From contig OZ281496.1 of the NCBI GenBank assembly GCA_965637545.1, positions 27,714,001 to 27,778,000 of the forward strand: a DNA stretch of 64,000 nt. Direction: 5' to 3'. Under the pieces are notes generated by a model. The model did no database searches. It had not been told where the DNA came from and was given only the letters and a program-made list of their open reading frames with translations. Positions 37,401 through 51,200 of this stretch are shown here, piece by piece. Position 1 is the first letter of the stretch. Every line of letters begins with the position of its first letter. The DNA comes from Phallusia mammillata. Taxonomy: Eukaryota. A program made the translations under genes and the position numbers.

Positions 37401-40396
37401 TAGTCCGCTTATGCCATGACTGCTTTTCGATGTTGTGTTAATCTCATTTCTATATCGACACCTAGACTTTAAAGCTTGTTGGCAGGTCGGCAGCATTCAG
37501 CTGCTGTTGATTATGCTTGCTACAGAATTAAATACTTGTGTGACTTTGCACTGTACGTATATGTGGCGTACAATGTTACGATTACACGGACCTTTAGAAT
37601 GCTGTACATTTTAACTAATGTGTTTTGAACAAATTTTATCACACATGGTATAGATCAAATACTTAACCCATCAAAAGTGATCAGTAAATCTCGAACCTTG
37701 GGCGGTCACTTAAATGTAACAAATTTAACTTGGTATTTTGGCCACATAGCTTTCTTACCAATACACAGGCTGTTGTCAATGAGCATATAACCGTCATCAC
37801 AAGTGCAGTTGTAAGTTCCCGGCAAGTTGTTGCATTGTGAAGTAAATTCTCCGCAAATGGTGCTGTTCCCTTGGCACTCGTCAATATCTACAACCAACAG
37901 GGTTAGATTGGGTTTTTGAGTTACTTTTTTTTGTGTGGTTCTGTTTGTTTTGAGTTTTATCCGTTTTCGTCAATATCTACCACCAACAGAGGGTTGGCTT
38001 GTGTCAGTAGGTTTGGCTCTTTGGTAAAATACGTTGGTTTTGACTTGACTTGGTTTGTGTTTTTGGTGCCAAAACAAAACTCTGGTTCTGGTATTGTGTA
38101 ATTTGTTTCGGAAAATTGCTGTGTGATCTCTTTATGTGCAAATGCTTGTTTTTCAGGAATTCATATGTCATTTTTGTGACTTTTACCTGTTTTTTTGGCT
38201 TTGATCAAAGACTTGCAGTTAGCACTGGATTGTAACAATTAAACATGAATATAATATTTTCTTGTTTTCGCTTTGAATGTGTACAGTAATGCCCGAAAAT
38301 ATATACATCAAAATTGCAAAACGCATCACCCATCAAAGATATTTACTTTTGTAAACAAAAACCTTCACGAAATTAAATCGGTTTTCCTATTAAATTGTTC
38401 AGTGAAAGCCGGTTTGATCAACTATATTAACGTAACGGAAACGCGTAAGCGCAAAACGCCGTGTTTGTCTGAAAACAAATCGCACGTCAATCCATTGTGT
38501 TGGTTTCAATGATTAAAACTTTCTTGTTTTTTTTACCCCATGATGACTTTATTTCTCACGTTGCTCGGTTTTATTCATCAGTTAAACTTTTGCGCCGGAA
38601 ACAGAGACACCATGAATAATTTCATTTAAATACGAAATCGCGATGATTCAGTACCATAATCGCAACTGGTTTTATGTTATGAGTTGTCATTGTTACGAAC
38701 TGATGCTGTTTTTTGCTAACCGATTGGTCATACAATCAAACAAATGCTAGTTTACAGTTAAAAAATTACCCGGATAGAACACTGTTGTACGTTGGAAAGT
38801 AAGTTTTTAAAATTGGTTTTGCGGCCTCTAAAGGGTACACACAAACATGATCGCCTTATAATTGCTAAAACTACATGAAAATGACGATTACACAATACTT
38901 AATACCGTTCTTAACTCCAAAGTGCCTTGATTTTCAGTTTTTAAATGTTTTTTTGGTTAGTTCGGTAACGCATTGTATGCAACCCAGAGAAGCGAATATT
39001 TTTCGTATGTCTTCCTCGCATTCTTCTGCATTGTCGTTTTAAGGTATTTTAAAGTATTATCTTCTAAAGGCCAAACAAACGTATGTTTCTGGCGCAAAAT
39101 TAGTGGTGAACGTATGAAATTTTTTAACATACAAAATTCGGTATAGCACACCCCGAAACCGTAATTGGCTAATTTCGTTGTGACTTGTACGACTTTTTAT
39201 ATGTTTAAACAGGGTATCATGCATCCCCAAGCATTAGCATTATTTCGTTGTCTCATTGATAACTTTGTTGTACCTTCGCATTGAGTTTCAGTTCCGTCAA
39301 CAAGAATAGGCTCCAGAGCTCCGTCCAACAGCGTGTAGTTTTGTCGAAAGCCGTCGCCGCATGCGCATGTAATCAGATATGTGTCTAACACATTACATGT
39401 AGCTCCATCCCCACAAGGGTTGACTGCGTTGCTGCAAGGGAACGGCACTGTTGACAACAACAAATATTATGTTAAGGCGCATGATTGTGTTATTTCCATG
39501 TGAAACAGAAGCTACATTTGTAAGAAGTTTAAAATGAATTTATAAAAACAAAACCACATATAGCTTGTTTTTACCAACTATCAAATCTAATTCAGCCTTT
39601 GTTAAGAAAACAATTGGTAATCATCCGGGCCAAGTATGATACACAAAGTCTAAAATGTTTGCGTCATATATAAGCTCCCTGGCAGTTTAGGTTTTAATCA
39701 AGAGACTTTGATGTGTAAGTTTCCCTTTCATATGTCGTTTTCCAAATATTAACCACAAACTGGTGTATTTTTGAAGAAGAGTACCTTCAGGTAACATGGC
39801 AACGATTTCAGTTTTACTTCCTACCTGCAGTCGAAGCGACAAAACTTGCGATCAGGGTTTCTGCTTCGGCCCGAGTATTGAAAGCGAAGTATTGGACATG
39901 GTTTTGTTCTGTAATCAATGTACGCAGAGCGATATCTGCAACATAATTTTAAAACAACGGTTATTGAAGCTAGTATTGGGTGTAAAACATAACAACGTTT
40001 CGACAGTTTCTTTTGTCATTGTTTGGTAAAATAAAACCAAAGAAAAAAAGAAAGGGTCGATGCGAAGTTAAAGTTAATAGCAATTAAGCCGAGATAAAAC
40101 ACAAGGGGGTTATTTCAGTTGGCGATTACAAAAGAATTAATGTTTATGTAAGACTGCTGCATTACGAAATGCATTTAGGACAGAAATTGTACTCTCTAAC
40201 ACTTTGTGGGCCTACGTTTTGTCGTCCAATTTACCCCACTTCATTGGAGTGATTAAGATTCAATGTTTGAAACATAACACATTAAAATTTTGACTATTTT
40301 GTTAAACTTACAAAGTGTTCCAGTTGTGCTTTGATTTCCATTACTAACTCTGAATGTTCCTGCTAATATAGCGATAAGAAAACAAACGGCCTTCAT
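34445..40396 (-). CDS. Gene C: predicted GPI-anchored 7-EGF protein (~407 aa)
   Basis: Exons 40312-40396 ([20 protein letters not shown]...), 39825-39935, 39274-39447, 37759-37887, 37159-37275, 36708-36830, 36085-36201, 35170-35289, 34786-34908, 34445-34569 ([41 protein letters not shown]). All phase 1, 1224 nt open. Confidence 0.85.
35329..35865. mobile_element. hAT-type MITE (537 bp) in a gene C intron
   Basis: TIRs caggggtgggcaac / gttgcccgcccctg, TSD atttaggc (35321-35328, 35866-35873). Sits 40 nt from the acceptor at 35289. Confidence 0.92.
36438..36609. mobile_element. hAT-type MITE (172 bp) in a gene C intron
   Basis: TIRs cagtggtgggcaacc / ggttgccgaccccta, TSD cattagac/cattatac (one mismatch). 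Confidence 0.78.
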
Positions 40397-41573
40397 GACA
40401 ATTCCTATTTATTTTAACTTTTTAACTGACTACTTTAAAAACAGTTGTTGTATCTTGGAGAAACTGTATCTCAGAATAGCAAAAGTTTATATTTCTTGCA
40501 ATTTTTATGTCAGAACAGAAATATTTTTTTTTAACTTGCATTACTAACAAAAAAATATTCAGCTTAAAAATGCAGGTCAAATTTCTAACCTTTTATTGCA
40601 AACAGATTCGACCGCATCGTTTAGATTAGACGATTTACCGCACGGTAGATGAGTGCATTTTGTACGCCGCGTATCCCTTTCTGTTAGCCAAATAGTAGAA
40701 AACACCTATTTTCAATGCGAAACCGATGTCGCGTCGATCGAATTAGTCAACACATACGTCGACGAACCAAATAATTATTAAACAACTATGTGGGACAAAC
40801 CAATTACGTATAAACGAGCTGTGATTGTTGAAAAACTATTCAGTATTAAAACATGTTATCAAAAAAAAAATGTTTTATTTCTAATACTGTTGGAGCGTAC
40901 GAATTTCCGGTTATATTTGTTTGTAAAAATGGGGAGCACTTTTATTTATACAATTTTTTATTGGATCACTCTTCCAGCACGAATTCTCCAACATAAATCT
41001 TTGCAGATTGATACGATTTTACTTGCTAATTTTGATGTCCATTTTACGTAAAGTCAAACACTAAAATAGTTTTGAGCCCTCGAACAAAATGGATGAAAGT
41101 CCAAGTTGCTACTAACTTTACCTTCATTTAGTAGCATGATATCCGCATTATTTTGTCTTAAATGGTGTATAACTGGCTAACTTTGATTCTATTTGCACAA
41201 GGTAAGCATCAGGATCGTGCCTGTGCCCCTTGCTGACTCGAGGCAAACAGCAAACTAAGCCAATAGGTTTGTACGCGGATCTTGCCCGAGGTTGGAAGCA
41301 ACTCAACGCTTTGTTGTTTTTGTGGTATCATTTTTTTTTGTTCACGAGTTTTTTTGACTTCAAGTTGCTACTAACTATACCTTCAGTCGTAAGCATTATG
41401 TCCACATTATTTTGTCATAAATTATATCCATCTTCAATGCTGGTTCGTTAAATTTGAACTATAAGTAATATGTATTTACAAAATAAGTGAACAATTTCAT
41501 TACACTTTTTGCCAAACATAACACAGTCAAACGCAATATGTACACAAAAAGCCCTGTACTAAAAAAGTTACAA

Positions 41574-44500
41574 CTATAAGGCAAATATAGGCGCCACAAT
41601 AATTAAACAAAGGAAAATGATTCTATAACTAGCGTAAACAATTGAGGTCGATCCAGGTTTTCCTGTGGTTGTTGTTGCTGTACCCGAAGGATTGCCACTT
41701 TGAGCTGCAGAGTTGCCAGTTCCACTCGAACCTGCTGATCCACTACTGCCACTTGCGGCGCTAGAACCACTGCTGCCACTTGATCCTATTGTGCCGTTTA
41801 GGTTGCCCGGCGCGGACTTACATAACGGCGCTATGGCTGTGAAAAGTTAAATTATACTATTAATTGTGTCCAGGTTGTTTTGTTCAAAACATGTAAGTTA
41901 TATGAATGTTCATCTGCCTCAAGTATTCAAATAACAGTACATCCTTTTTTAACCCGTAGTTTTAATCATGCGTGTTAATAGAAGTCCACACAACGGTTAT
42001 GTTTATGTTGTTAAAACTACCCTTGATATTATCTGCAGTTTGCAAGTTTTATGCGTTATAGGTTTGTTCACAACATTAAAATATCGTGTCAGTAACACTA
42101 CAATCTGGAAGCAAACAAGCGACGTTGAATTTAATTTGAACCGAAAAACATCAGTTTGCAAAGTGTTGTTTTCAAGACGTCTAGGAGGTGCATGTGTAAA
42201 ATGGTTGGTCTTTAATAATGCATTGGTAAGTGTGATATTGTTAGACTTTGTCATCAAACAAACGACTTAAAACCGATACACATCCATTTTGCAGCGCGTT
42301 TGCTGAAAGACTTACTTGAATATTAGGCTGTACAAACACATTGATAAGGTTTGTGCTTACCCGTACACCACGTCCCGTTGCCTGCGTAACCCGGGTATAT
42401 GCATTGACACGAATAGCTTCCTATGTGGTTAGTGCATATGGCGTCCTTGTGGCATTTGTTCTGTCCGTTCGTACATTCGTTCACATCTAAATCAATCATT
42501 TTCACAGATTAAGTTTTACGAAAATTCGATTTTAGATGAGGCTTAGAAAGGATGGGCTTATTCCTCTGTACCTTTACAAAGTGGTCCTTGATAGGCAAAG
42601 CCCTTTTCGCAGTCGCATCTGAAACTGCCTTGTGTGTTGACACAAACTGCTCGTCTTGTGCACGTGCCCGCCAGTGTTGAACATTCGTTAATGTCTGAAC
42701 AAAGAAAAAATATAAGGTTTGACGTAGGTACACAAATACACTTGATATTTATAAGTTACCAGCTGTTATTGTTTCTTATTCTTGTCACACTACATTTTTC
42801 AGTCCTCCAACAAACCCAATATTACTAAATAACTAGGCAAAATGCATTTAGGGTTCACAAATATTGGTACATGTGCAAAGCTGTGTATAAACTTTTACAC
42901 GCATTAAGTATTCGTGCAAAAATCGTTTCGAGATTTACTTGCGATCACGAAGGTCGATCGCTTGTTCTTATAAAATGTAGCCAAGTCAAGATACACAACC
43001 AAGAAAATTGTGATTGATTTTAAGTTCCAGGATGTTATTACTTGGTAATATTTTACCGTTCCTTTGCTACAAAAACAAAATATAGTAATGTTGTTGGTAT
43101 ACAGAGTTTTTACAACACAGACAATGGTGATTGATATTAACATCCAGGATGTTGTTAGCTTGTAACCTTTAGGACCGTTTCTTTGCTACAAGAAACATAA
43201 CATAGTAGCCTACCGTAGATGGTACAGAATTGTAAGTCGGGCCGGGCTTTTTGTGCCGGGGTTGGTCATGTGTTTGAATACAGGTTTGTATCGGTCCTGG
43301 CACTCAGCCTCATTTGTGTCGCAATTTTCATCTTTTAGGCCTAACTTTTAGGCCGGGTTTAGACAGGGTTTAAGTATCTAAGTACCTGTACACGTTCTTC
43401 CATCACCGCTGTATCCCGTATTGCAGTTGCATATGTAAGTGCCAATGCTGTTGGCGCAGGTGGCATGCGCAGAACATTTGTCAGTTTTCTTAACGCATTC
43501 GTTGATGTCTGTAGGTCAACATGTTAAATAGTGAAACAGAATTAAAGTTGTTTTGGGGCAGAATTATATCACACGGCCTTGTTGCGCAGATATCTGTCTT
43601 AAAATACAAAATAAGTGCGATAAAAACGTCAAGTTTCAATCATAACTACATGATTAAAGTACGTGGCTTAATGAAAAAGTAATGTTCCCATTTGGCAGAA
43701 TCACTTTAACTTAAATTGACCACCTCGTGTTTTTGAGGGTCCGAAATGCAGCAAAATTCATAAAAAATATCTTACCTGTACAGTGAGTTCCGTTTCCACT
43801 AAAACCAACATTACAAGAACATTTGTAACTTCCAATCGTATTTGAACACGTGGCGTGTGCACTGCACTTGTGTGTTCCCGCTCTACATTCGTTTATGTCT
43901 AAGGCAGAAAAAGCAGAATAATATACATAACTATGTACTGAGTACCAACTTCGTTAAGGCGCCGTCGTATTCAGCACTACTTCGTCAAACATACCCAGTG
44001 TTTCCTTTTAATTTTAGTTTTTTTTAGCAATCAAACAGTCAAACGTAGCAATCAAACTTTGAAGTTTTCGTTAAATACAAAAGTTCAATTAGGAAATATC
44101 CATGTGGGAATGCGATCTATGTATCAGGTGACGCCAATTGCCTGTTTGTGCCAATTTGGAGTTTTTTTTTCACCGTTTTGATTACCTGAACAGTTGCTCC
44201 CAGTTCCTTTGAATCCTGTGTTGCAAACGCACTGGTAATTCCCGGTTAAGTTTAGGCACGACGAGTTTGCGTGGCAGTTCTTGTAGTAACAAGGGTCGTA
44301 CTCTAAAAAAAATATCACCACTTTTCTGAAACACCTGCGTTGGTAAACTTGTATCGACTTAAACGCTTATGCTCAAGTGTGTTTGGCTCTGAAGTCTGTT
44401 AATCAACAGTATCCGTAGTTGGTCTAATGACAACAGTTACTTATTTATTCTACATCATAAACTTACTGATACACTTCTTTGGAGGAACCAGCATATACCC

Positions 44501-46658
44501 CTTCTTGCATGTGCAGTTGTATGTGCCAGGATAATTGTTGCATTTTAGTGTGTGAATTCCACAGATTGTGGTGTTTCCAATACACTCGTCGATGTCTGTG
44601 AAAGTTGCAGTTGTTTTACACATTGGTAGTTAGAAACGCGTCAAGTAAAATCAAAACATGACTTTTGCATAGCCCGTAAACATATAAAGCCAGTTCAATC
44701 GTAGGCGTTGAGGTACGCTGTAGTAATTTGTCACTGGCGAGAATTTTACAACTATGATCCTTGACGCTTTTCACAATGCATTTCTTACCTACGCATGCAG
44801 TTTTAGTCTTATGTATCATCACAGGTTCATTGATGCCCTTGATTAACTGGTAGGTTTGATTGTATCCTGGACTACACGAGCACTTCACTTCATACCCGCT
44901 GATATTGGAACATTTTGCGCCACCACCGCAGGGTGAACTTGCTGTGCTGCAGGGCTTAGGGACTGTAATGACAGAAAAATTAGATTAAATCATCAAAGCT
45001 AAGCTCGTTACGATGTTGACTAGGAATAGTATGGGGTCGTGACCGCAACTACATCCACGCTTGGGAGGTGCGTTAATGATATTTTCGTTGGTGTTGGTAG
45101 TACATTGGATTTAAAAGATTGCTCAAAGTTGGTTTGGGTATTGTCATACTTTTTGCTGGTGAATATGTCTTGCCAAAAAAGGTTTAATTTGTCACTTGTT
45201 CGTCAAAACTTTTTAGAATGCAGTTGGCCACTTACTTTGTACGTCAATTTTGGCCCAAATATTCATTACATTAAGTTGCTTCTTTTCTCAGCAAACGAAA
45301 TATTGTGCCAATCTTTGAGATGCTATGATCATCGGTGATATACCACTCTGAACCCCAAAAAACCCCAAGACTGCCCAATGCTGCATGTTTTAGCATAAAA
45401 TCTTTTGTTTTCTGCAAACGTTTATACCGCTTTAGTAGATTTAATTATTACTGAGAAATGCGCTTGTCAGTTTTCACGAAAAAAGATTTAAATATTTTGC
45501 TAATATTATGGAGTATTGAGGTACCTACGTTTGAGTTTTTGTCGGTGGATGCCTTTTGCCAAATAATTTGTAATTGCTGCATAAATACCAGGAAAGTGAA
45601 AGTAACGTGTTGGTTTTTAGGGCGACATTTCGTTTACTGGGTCTGGATTTCTTAAAACGTGTGGCACACACTGTGTCACATATGTCCATGATAATTTTGG
45701 AAATATCACAAAGTGTTTGAAGCAGTCCAGGAAGTCCTGTTTAATAATTTCCTCTTATTGTTGTAGAGTTTAAAAGAAACTCCTCGCCGTTTAATCATGC
45801 TTTTCTAACTCGGTTACAAAGCGTTTACCCCACCAGCCGTGTACTCATATTACATTTTTCGTGCTGGAAACCAGGCAACGATTAATTACGTTTTGTGCCG
45901 ACACCTTCGACCTACTGTACGTTTTTATGTTACATTACATACGACTGGTTTTTTAGTTTATGTATATTGCGGTAACTTGTTCTGGTAACAGGTTCAGCTC
46001 ACTGAAAAGTTACTGTAAAAAGAAATTATGACTAAATTTGTCCCCCAAAATATCGCATTCTTTGATATTCAAAGTACGACAAGAACGATAAAGTCACGAA
46101 ACACGTGTAACAACCTCTGGAATCTTATATGCCGCTGCATTATCCGTCAAAAACAATAAATTGCAAACATCACTTACTTGGAATTGAGGCAACAAGCTTG
46201 TTCTTAATTGCTGCGGCATCCGTAAAGTTATGGAAGGGGTAGTACTGAATATGGTTTGGATTTGTGATCAGTGTTTGCAATGCAATGTCTAAATACACGG
46301 CATATTGATTACTCTAGTAACACAGTGGTAAACTTAATCCCCAAACTTTGGATCGATTCTAAGTGCTGTTAGCATTACTGCTTAGGTAAAAATGTTAGTT
46401 TGAATGCTACAACAGCAGTTGTTAAGACTTTAAATTGTACATACACTTTAAAATCATTTCCTGACACGAAACGGTGCAACTAATTCTTAAATGATGAAGC
46501 TTATAAGGTACATATGTATCACAAACTGCTGTTGCAGTCTATAACTTTTCAACACCTTCTATCTAAGACTTACACACGTCTTGGATAATTGCTTGGGTAG
46601 CAGAAATCCTTGCTTTGGATAAAAAAGCTACCGCAAACAGAACAGTGACCACCTTCAT
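41574..46658 (-). CDS. Gene B: predicted GPI-anchored 7-EGF protein with Ser/Gly-rich stalk (~457 aa)
   Basis: Exons 46574-46658 ([28 protein letters not shown]), 46178-46288, 44789-44962, 44467-44595, 44186-44302, 43776-43898, 43386-43508, 42572-42694, 42361-42486, 41574-41836 ([26 protein letters not shown]...[25 protein letters not shown]). 1374 nt open. Confidence 0.87.
43003..43205. repeat. Degenerate ~117-bp tandem duplication in a gene B intron
   Basis: ccaggatgtt...ctttgctaca occurs near 43027 and again near 43144, each preceded by a gtgattgat motif. Confidence 0.55.
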
Positions 46659-48240
46659 TCCAACAATTTGGTCAGCAGATTCACCGTTAACCCTCGGCAC
46701 CAACAACCGTAATTAAAGTAATCTAAGCTGTTTCTACTTAAAATGAACATAAAATTCGTTAGTTGGATGAAATGGTTAGCACTATTTTTCTGTTTTTGTG
46801 TAAAATAAAGCTTCAGTCAATTTTACGCTAACCATGCTATTTTGAACAAGCATCGTCTTCCTGTACGCATGACGCCGAACAACTTCACTTTCTCCGCCCA
46901 TCCTGAAACAACCATGTTACATCATCGCGATTCAAAAGTGCTCGCATTTAAGCACCCAAGCTAACTAGCCCTTGCGTTTTTGCTGCCCTTTACTTAGCAT
47001 GGACCTAAAGTAATGCTCTAGTATAGGAAACTAAATCCTGAAATAAACAGAAAAGTGCCAGCTCTATTGACGTGTGTTTAAAATAATATATAATATCATA
47101 GTTAACACAACATGTCAAAAGTACTCTTTCAAACAAATTTGCATGGCAGAAACGCTAAAACAAATAGTCTTGTTTGTTTTGGCAAAATTCCATGCGCTAA
47201 TATAATCGTGCTGCTTTGACGCTAGCTTGAAGCGATTACTCGTCAGTATCGCAGGAGTGCTTATAGGAAGTCCACAACTTTTCGGCTGGATGTTTATACT
47301 ACAGCTAAACAAATACCTGCATATCAGAATTTACTATTGATTCCCGTACGTTCAACGTGTTTTTATTGAAAGACTTCCGTCATTTTTGCGATTTTGCTAG
47401 TTGTTTGCAAAAGGATGTTGTGTAGTTTGCTTATAGTTTTGTGGCAGTGAAATACGTTTTTGGCCCATTTGTGTGGTTAAATGATAAAAATAAGTTGAAT
47501 CTTCATAAAACTGGGGGTGCTTTTGAGCCCCTCAAACCCTCTTTAAGAGCAACGCCTTTTCTATTGTTTATGTTTGGAAATCACATAAACGGTCCCTTGG
47601 GTTGTAAATGTCCATCACCTATTATTGTAAGGATATCACCTTTGGGACTTCCATCAACGTCCGGCTGTCGAAAGTGATTGCAGATGCCTAGTTTATACCC
47701 CTTGGGAAAATCAATTGCTGGCCCCTGTGTGGACTCAAGCTTTGATTTCGTATTTCGTATTGTGAATGCGTTCCAAAACTAACAACGCAATGGCCTCATA
47801 TCCTGATCCGTAATTTTTCTATGAAAGTTTACTACGCTCAGGCTTACGCGTATCCCTATTATTTTAAATCCAGTTTTTTTTTCCGTAGCACCAACGTTGT
47901 TTTGTATTCTACTGTTAGGCATTGAATTTGAGTTTAGTGCATATTGCGAGTTCACTTATGATTGTGCATCCTATTAGCTGTTTTCTATTTAAGGAGAAAT
48001 TCATGGTCTTCTCATAACAACATACTACGGTCAACAGTTCAAAAAATGAATGTTCTGCAACATTCAGTTAACAACACCGCCTTGTGCAGGTTTTAAAGGT
48101 TGGTTATTTTAATATTGGAAGCCAACAAACTGAATCATATACACAACAAAACGTATTTACATTTGTACACAACAATTACACTACAAAAAATGACGTTTCG
48201 AAGTCTATGAAATGAAATCTTAGGAATCCAATCTTCTTCT

Positions 48241-51200
48241 TTAATTTTTCGCGCACGTTTCTGAAACAAATACAATTTTCTCGATTAGAAATTGCGTTTT
48301 TTGTACTTCCAGTGCTTCAAAGATACGTAAAACTATTGCTGGTAAGAACAGATATGTTTTTTGTTGTTGAATAAATAAATAAAAAAGTCGGGTAATTTTT
48401 GCAAGCCTTACTGTATGCTGTCGTTCATTGCTTTGTCTATATTTTGAAACCATATCTTTTAAGCTACAAATCATGGGATAGATTTCTTACGTTTGCACCA
48501 AGTTCCATTTCCAACGAAGCCAGGATATTTACACATACAGGAGTAGCTTCCAATGTGGTTAGTGCACGTAGCCTCTTTATGACACTTGCCCTGTCCGTTC
48601 AGACACTCGTCCACATCTGCACAAATTGTTTGTTTGCGATTAAAACAAAACGGCATTTTATGCCTTACGACATTAATTTGGTTACACAAAATCACGCCTT
48701 TAATAGGCCTGGCGTACTATGAATTACACAAAATGGTTCTAAATAAGCAAGTTGATACAATGCAATGGCTGCTTGAGTTCATTTACCCCATGTTGACATG
48801 TGAAACCGTAGAGACGTTGAATATTAATTGCTTGCTGAGAATATTAGCTAATTGTTTGACCGTGGCAAGAGTTATTTCGCGAAACATTTATTGTTTGCTA
48901 CCGCAATTTGGGGACTACAATCACTATAATTGTACTTTGTTCTAAAGTGCAATGGTGCTGAATAGATAATGCAAGGATATTTAACAGGTATCTTTCCTTG
49001 TTTTTCATTCATTTTTGACCCGAAAGTTTTAAAATATTCATACCTTTGCAAAGTTTTCCTTGGTATGCGAATCCAGGTTGGCACTTGCACTCATAACTTC
49101 CCGGTGTGTTAACGCAATTGGCGTACAAAGTGCAGTTCCCGTTGCCAGGCAGCAGGCATTCGTTGATATCTGTGAATTACAGCAATACATCTTGTTTTTT
49201 CTGGCATTTATCTTCGCGTAATTGATGCATTTAATTGTATTCGCACTTATATACTTGTGTTGCTCTGAAAGGATTTGGAGGTCCTATAACTAAAAGTTGT
49301 ACTTTGTGCATACAAATTGTGCGAGTTAACTTACGTGTAAGTGAATAATTATGCACAAGATAATTTAGCCCCCTTCAATACACTTTAAAATATTCCAGAG
49401 CAAAAATACTCTATTAAAACAAATGATATGTCGTCACAAATCTTCCAAAAGTACATCAGCTTTTCTTGTTGTGGTTGTTGTTTTTATCAACATAATGCGA
49501 TTGCTGCGTCAGGGGAGTTCATGCTTGTAACGAGTTACTGCCGTTTCCTATGTTTTACTGACGTAAACTTCCTTGACCCGTGCCGATTTTTCGCTTTTGC
49601 AAACAACGCTGTAATGACAAGCGGAATTTCTCAGCATGAACTATTACATAATGGACGTATTCTTTACCTGACTTCGGGATTTTGTACCCTGTGTTTATTC
49701 TCAGTAACATCCTGTTTACGGAAATTTTTCGTTTATACAATTCTGCACATGTGTCACGAACAAAAGCGACAAGTATTAGTTGTAAACAACGTAATATTAA
49801 GACTACGTCAGTCGCATTTAGCAGCGTTGTGGGGTCTTTAGTCAGTCAACACGACGTTTTTCTTGAACTAACTTTGATTGGGCGGTTTTGTGCAACAGTT
49901 TTCGTCACATAAGATTCAACTACCAGTAGCATAAATAATACTCATGCTTTTGATTTTTACTTAAGACCAAGTTTTCGTAACAAAACAACACTTTTCTGGA
50001 GTAATAAGCTGTGTTCAGTTCTCATGTTGACAATATATGTGTGCTAAAGATCTAATCTCTTACCTGTGCAGACCTGTCCGTTTCCAGTGTATCCTGGTAA
50101 GCATGTGCAAGTGTGACCCCCAAACGTATTCGCACAAACTGCGTTCTTGGAGCAATTGTTGGTTTTTAGTGCACATTCGTCCACGTCTAGAAAAATATTC
50201 GAAATACTTTCTGTTTAAATGGTAGCCCTTTGAGCGAATAAGTTGAGAAAACAATTTGATTCGATATTATCAAGCAATGTGTAATAATTGTAAAATAACC
50301 ACCGGCAAAGAACTATTGTACACTATCTATGATTCGTTTGATATTCACTACTGTAATTTGTAGTTGATCGATTGAGCAAAACTTACAATTTGACGTATGG
50401 CATTCTACAGTTCAGTAGTTTTTGATGCAGTTAGTTCTGCCCCCAGATAAATGGAGGGAAAAGTAAATCTTACCGGAACAGTTTCGTCCGTCTCCGAAGT
50501 ATCCTGGTTTACATTTGCATGTGTAGCTTCCCACCGTATTGGCACAAGTGGCGTTTGAGTGACAAGTCGCAGTTCCCTTCGTACATTCGTTTATGTCTGT
50601 GAACGCAATGCGAAACGTAAAGCTTTCCGCAAGCAATATTGCCAGATTACTTTTAAAATCGTTGTCGAAAAACCGAAAAATCAGGGGTTTGAACTGGTTA
50701 AGTTTAGCTCAAGAATCATTTGCTACAGACGATTACACAAATCTCTTGGTAAAGCTATTTCTGTGTTAAAATATATTGTAAATGCAAACTGCATTGCTAA
50801 CTTATGCTCTTAAGACTAAGTTTGTCAAGTGTGTGCTGTTGCATTCTATACTGATTTTGAACGACATTTACCTGTGCAATAGGACCCGTTGCCACTAAAA
50901 CCTGTGTTGCAAACGCATTGAAAGTTTCCACTAGCATTCGAACAAGACGAGTTGGCGTGGCAGTTCATGTAGTAGCATGGATCGTATTCTGTTGAAATAT
51001 TTAGTACCTTAATCAGTGGCCATCATTGTGTTTAATTGCTTACCCATTCGAAAGACAATTATTCTGCAAAATGTATACTGAAGGCAGGCTTCGAGCATGC
51101 ACTATGTAATTTTAATCAAAGCCATACAATATTCATGCTATCTCCGTTTAAGTTTGAAAGTGAAACGTGTTGTCGTTGGGAAGGTTTGTGGCCGTAATGT

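Noticed and set aside
49428-49841. 137-aa plus-strand ORF inside a gene A intron
   Set aside because: No motif or paralog; consistent with a random intronic ORF.
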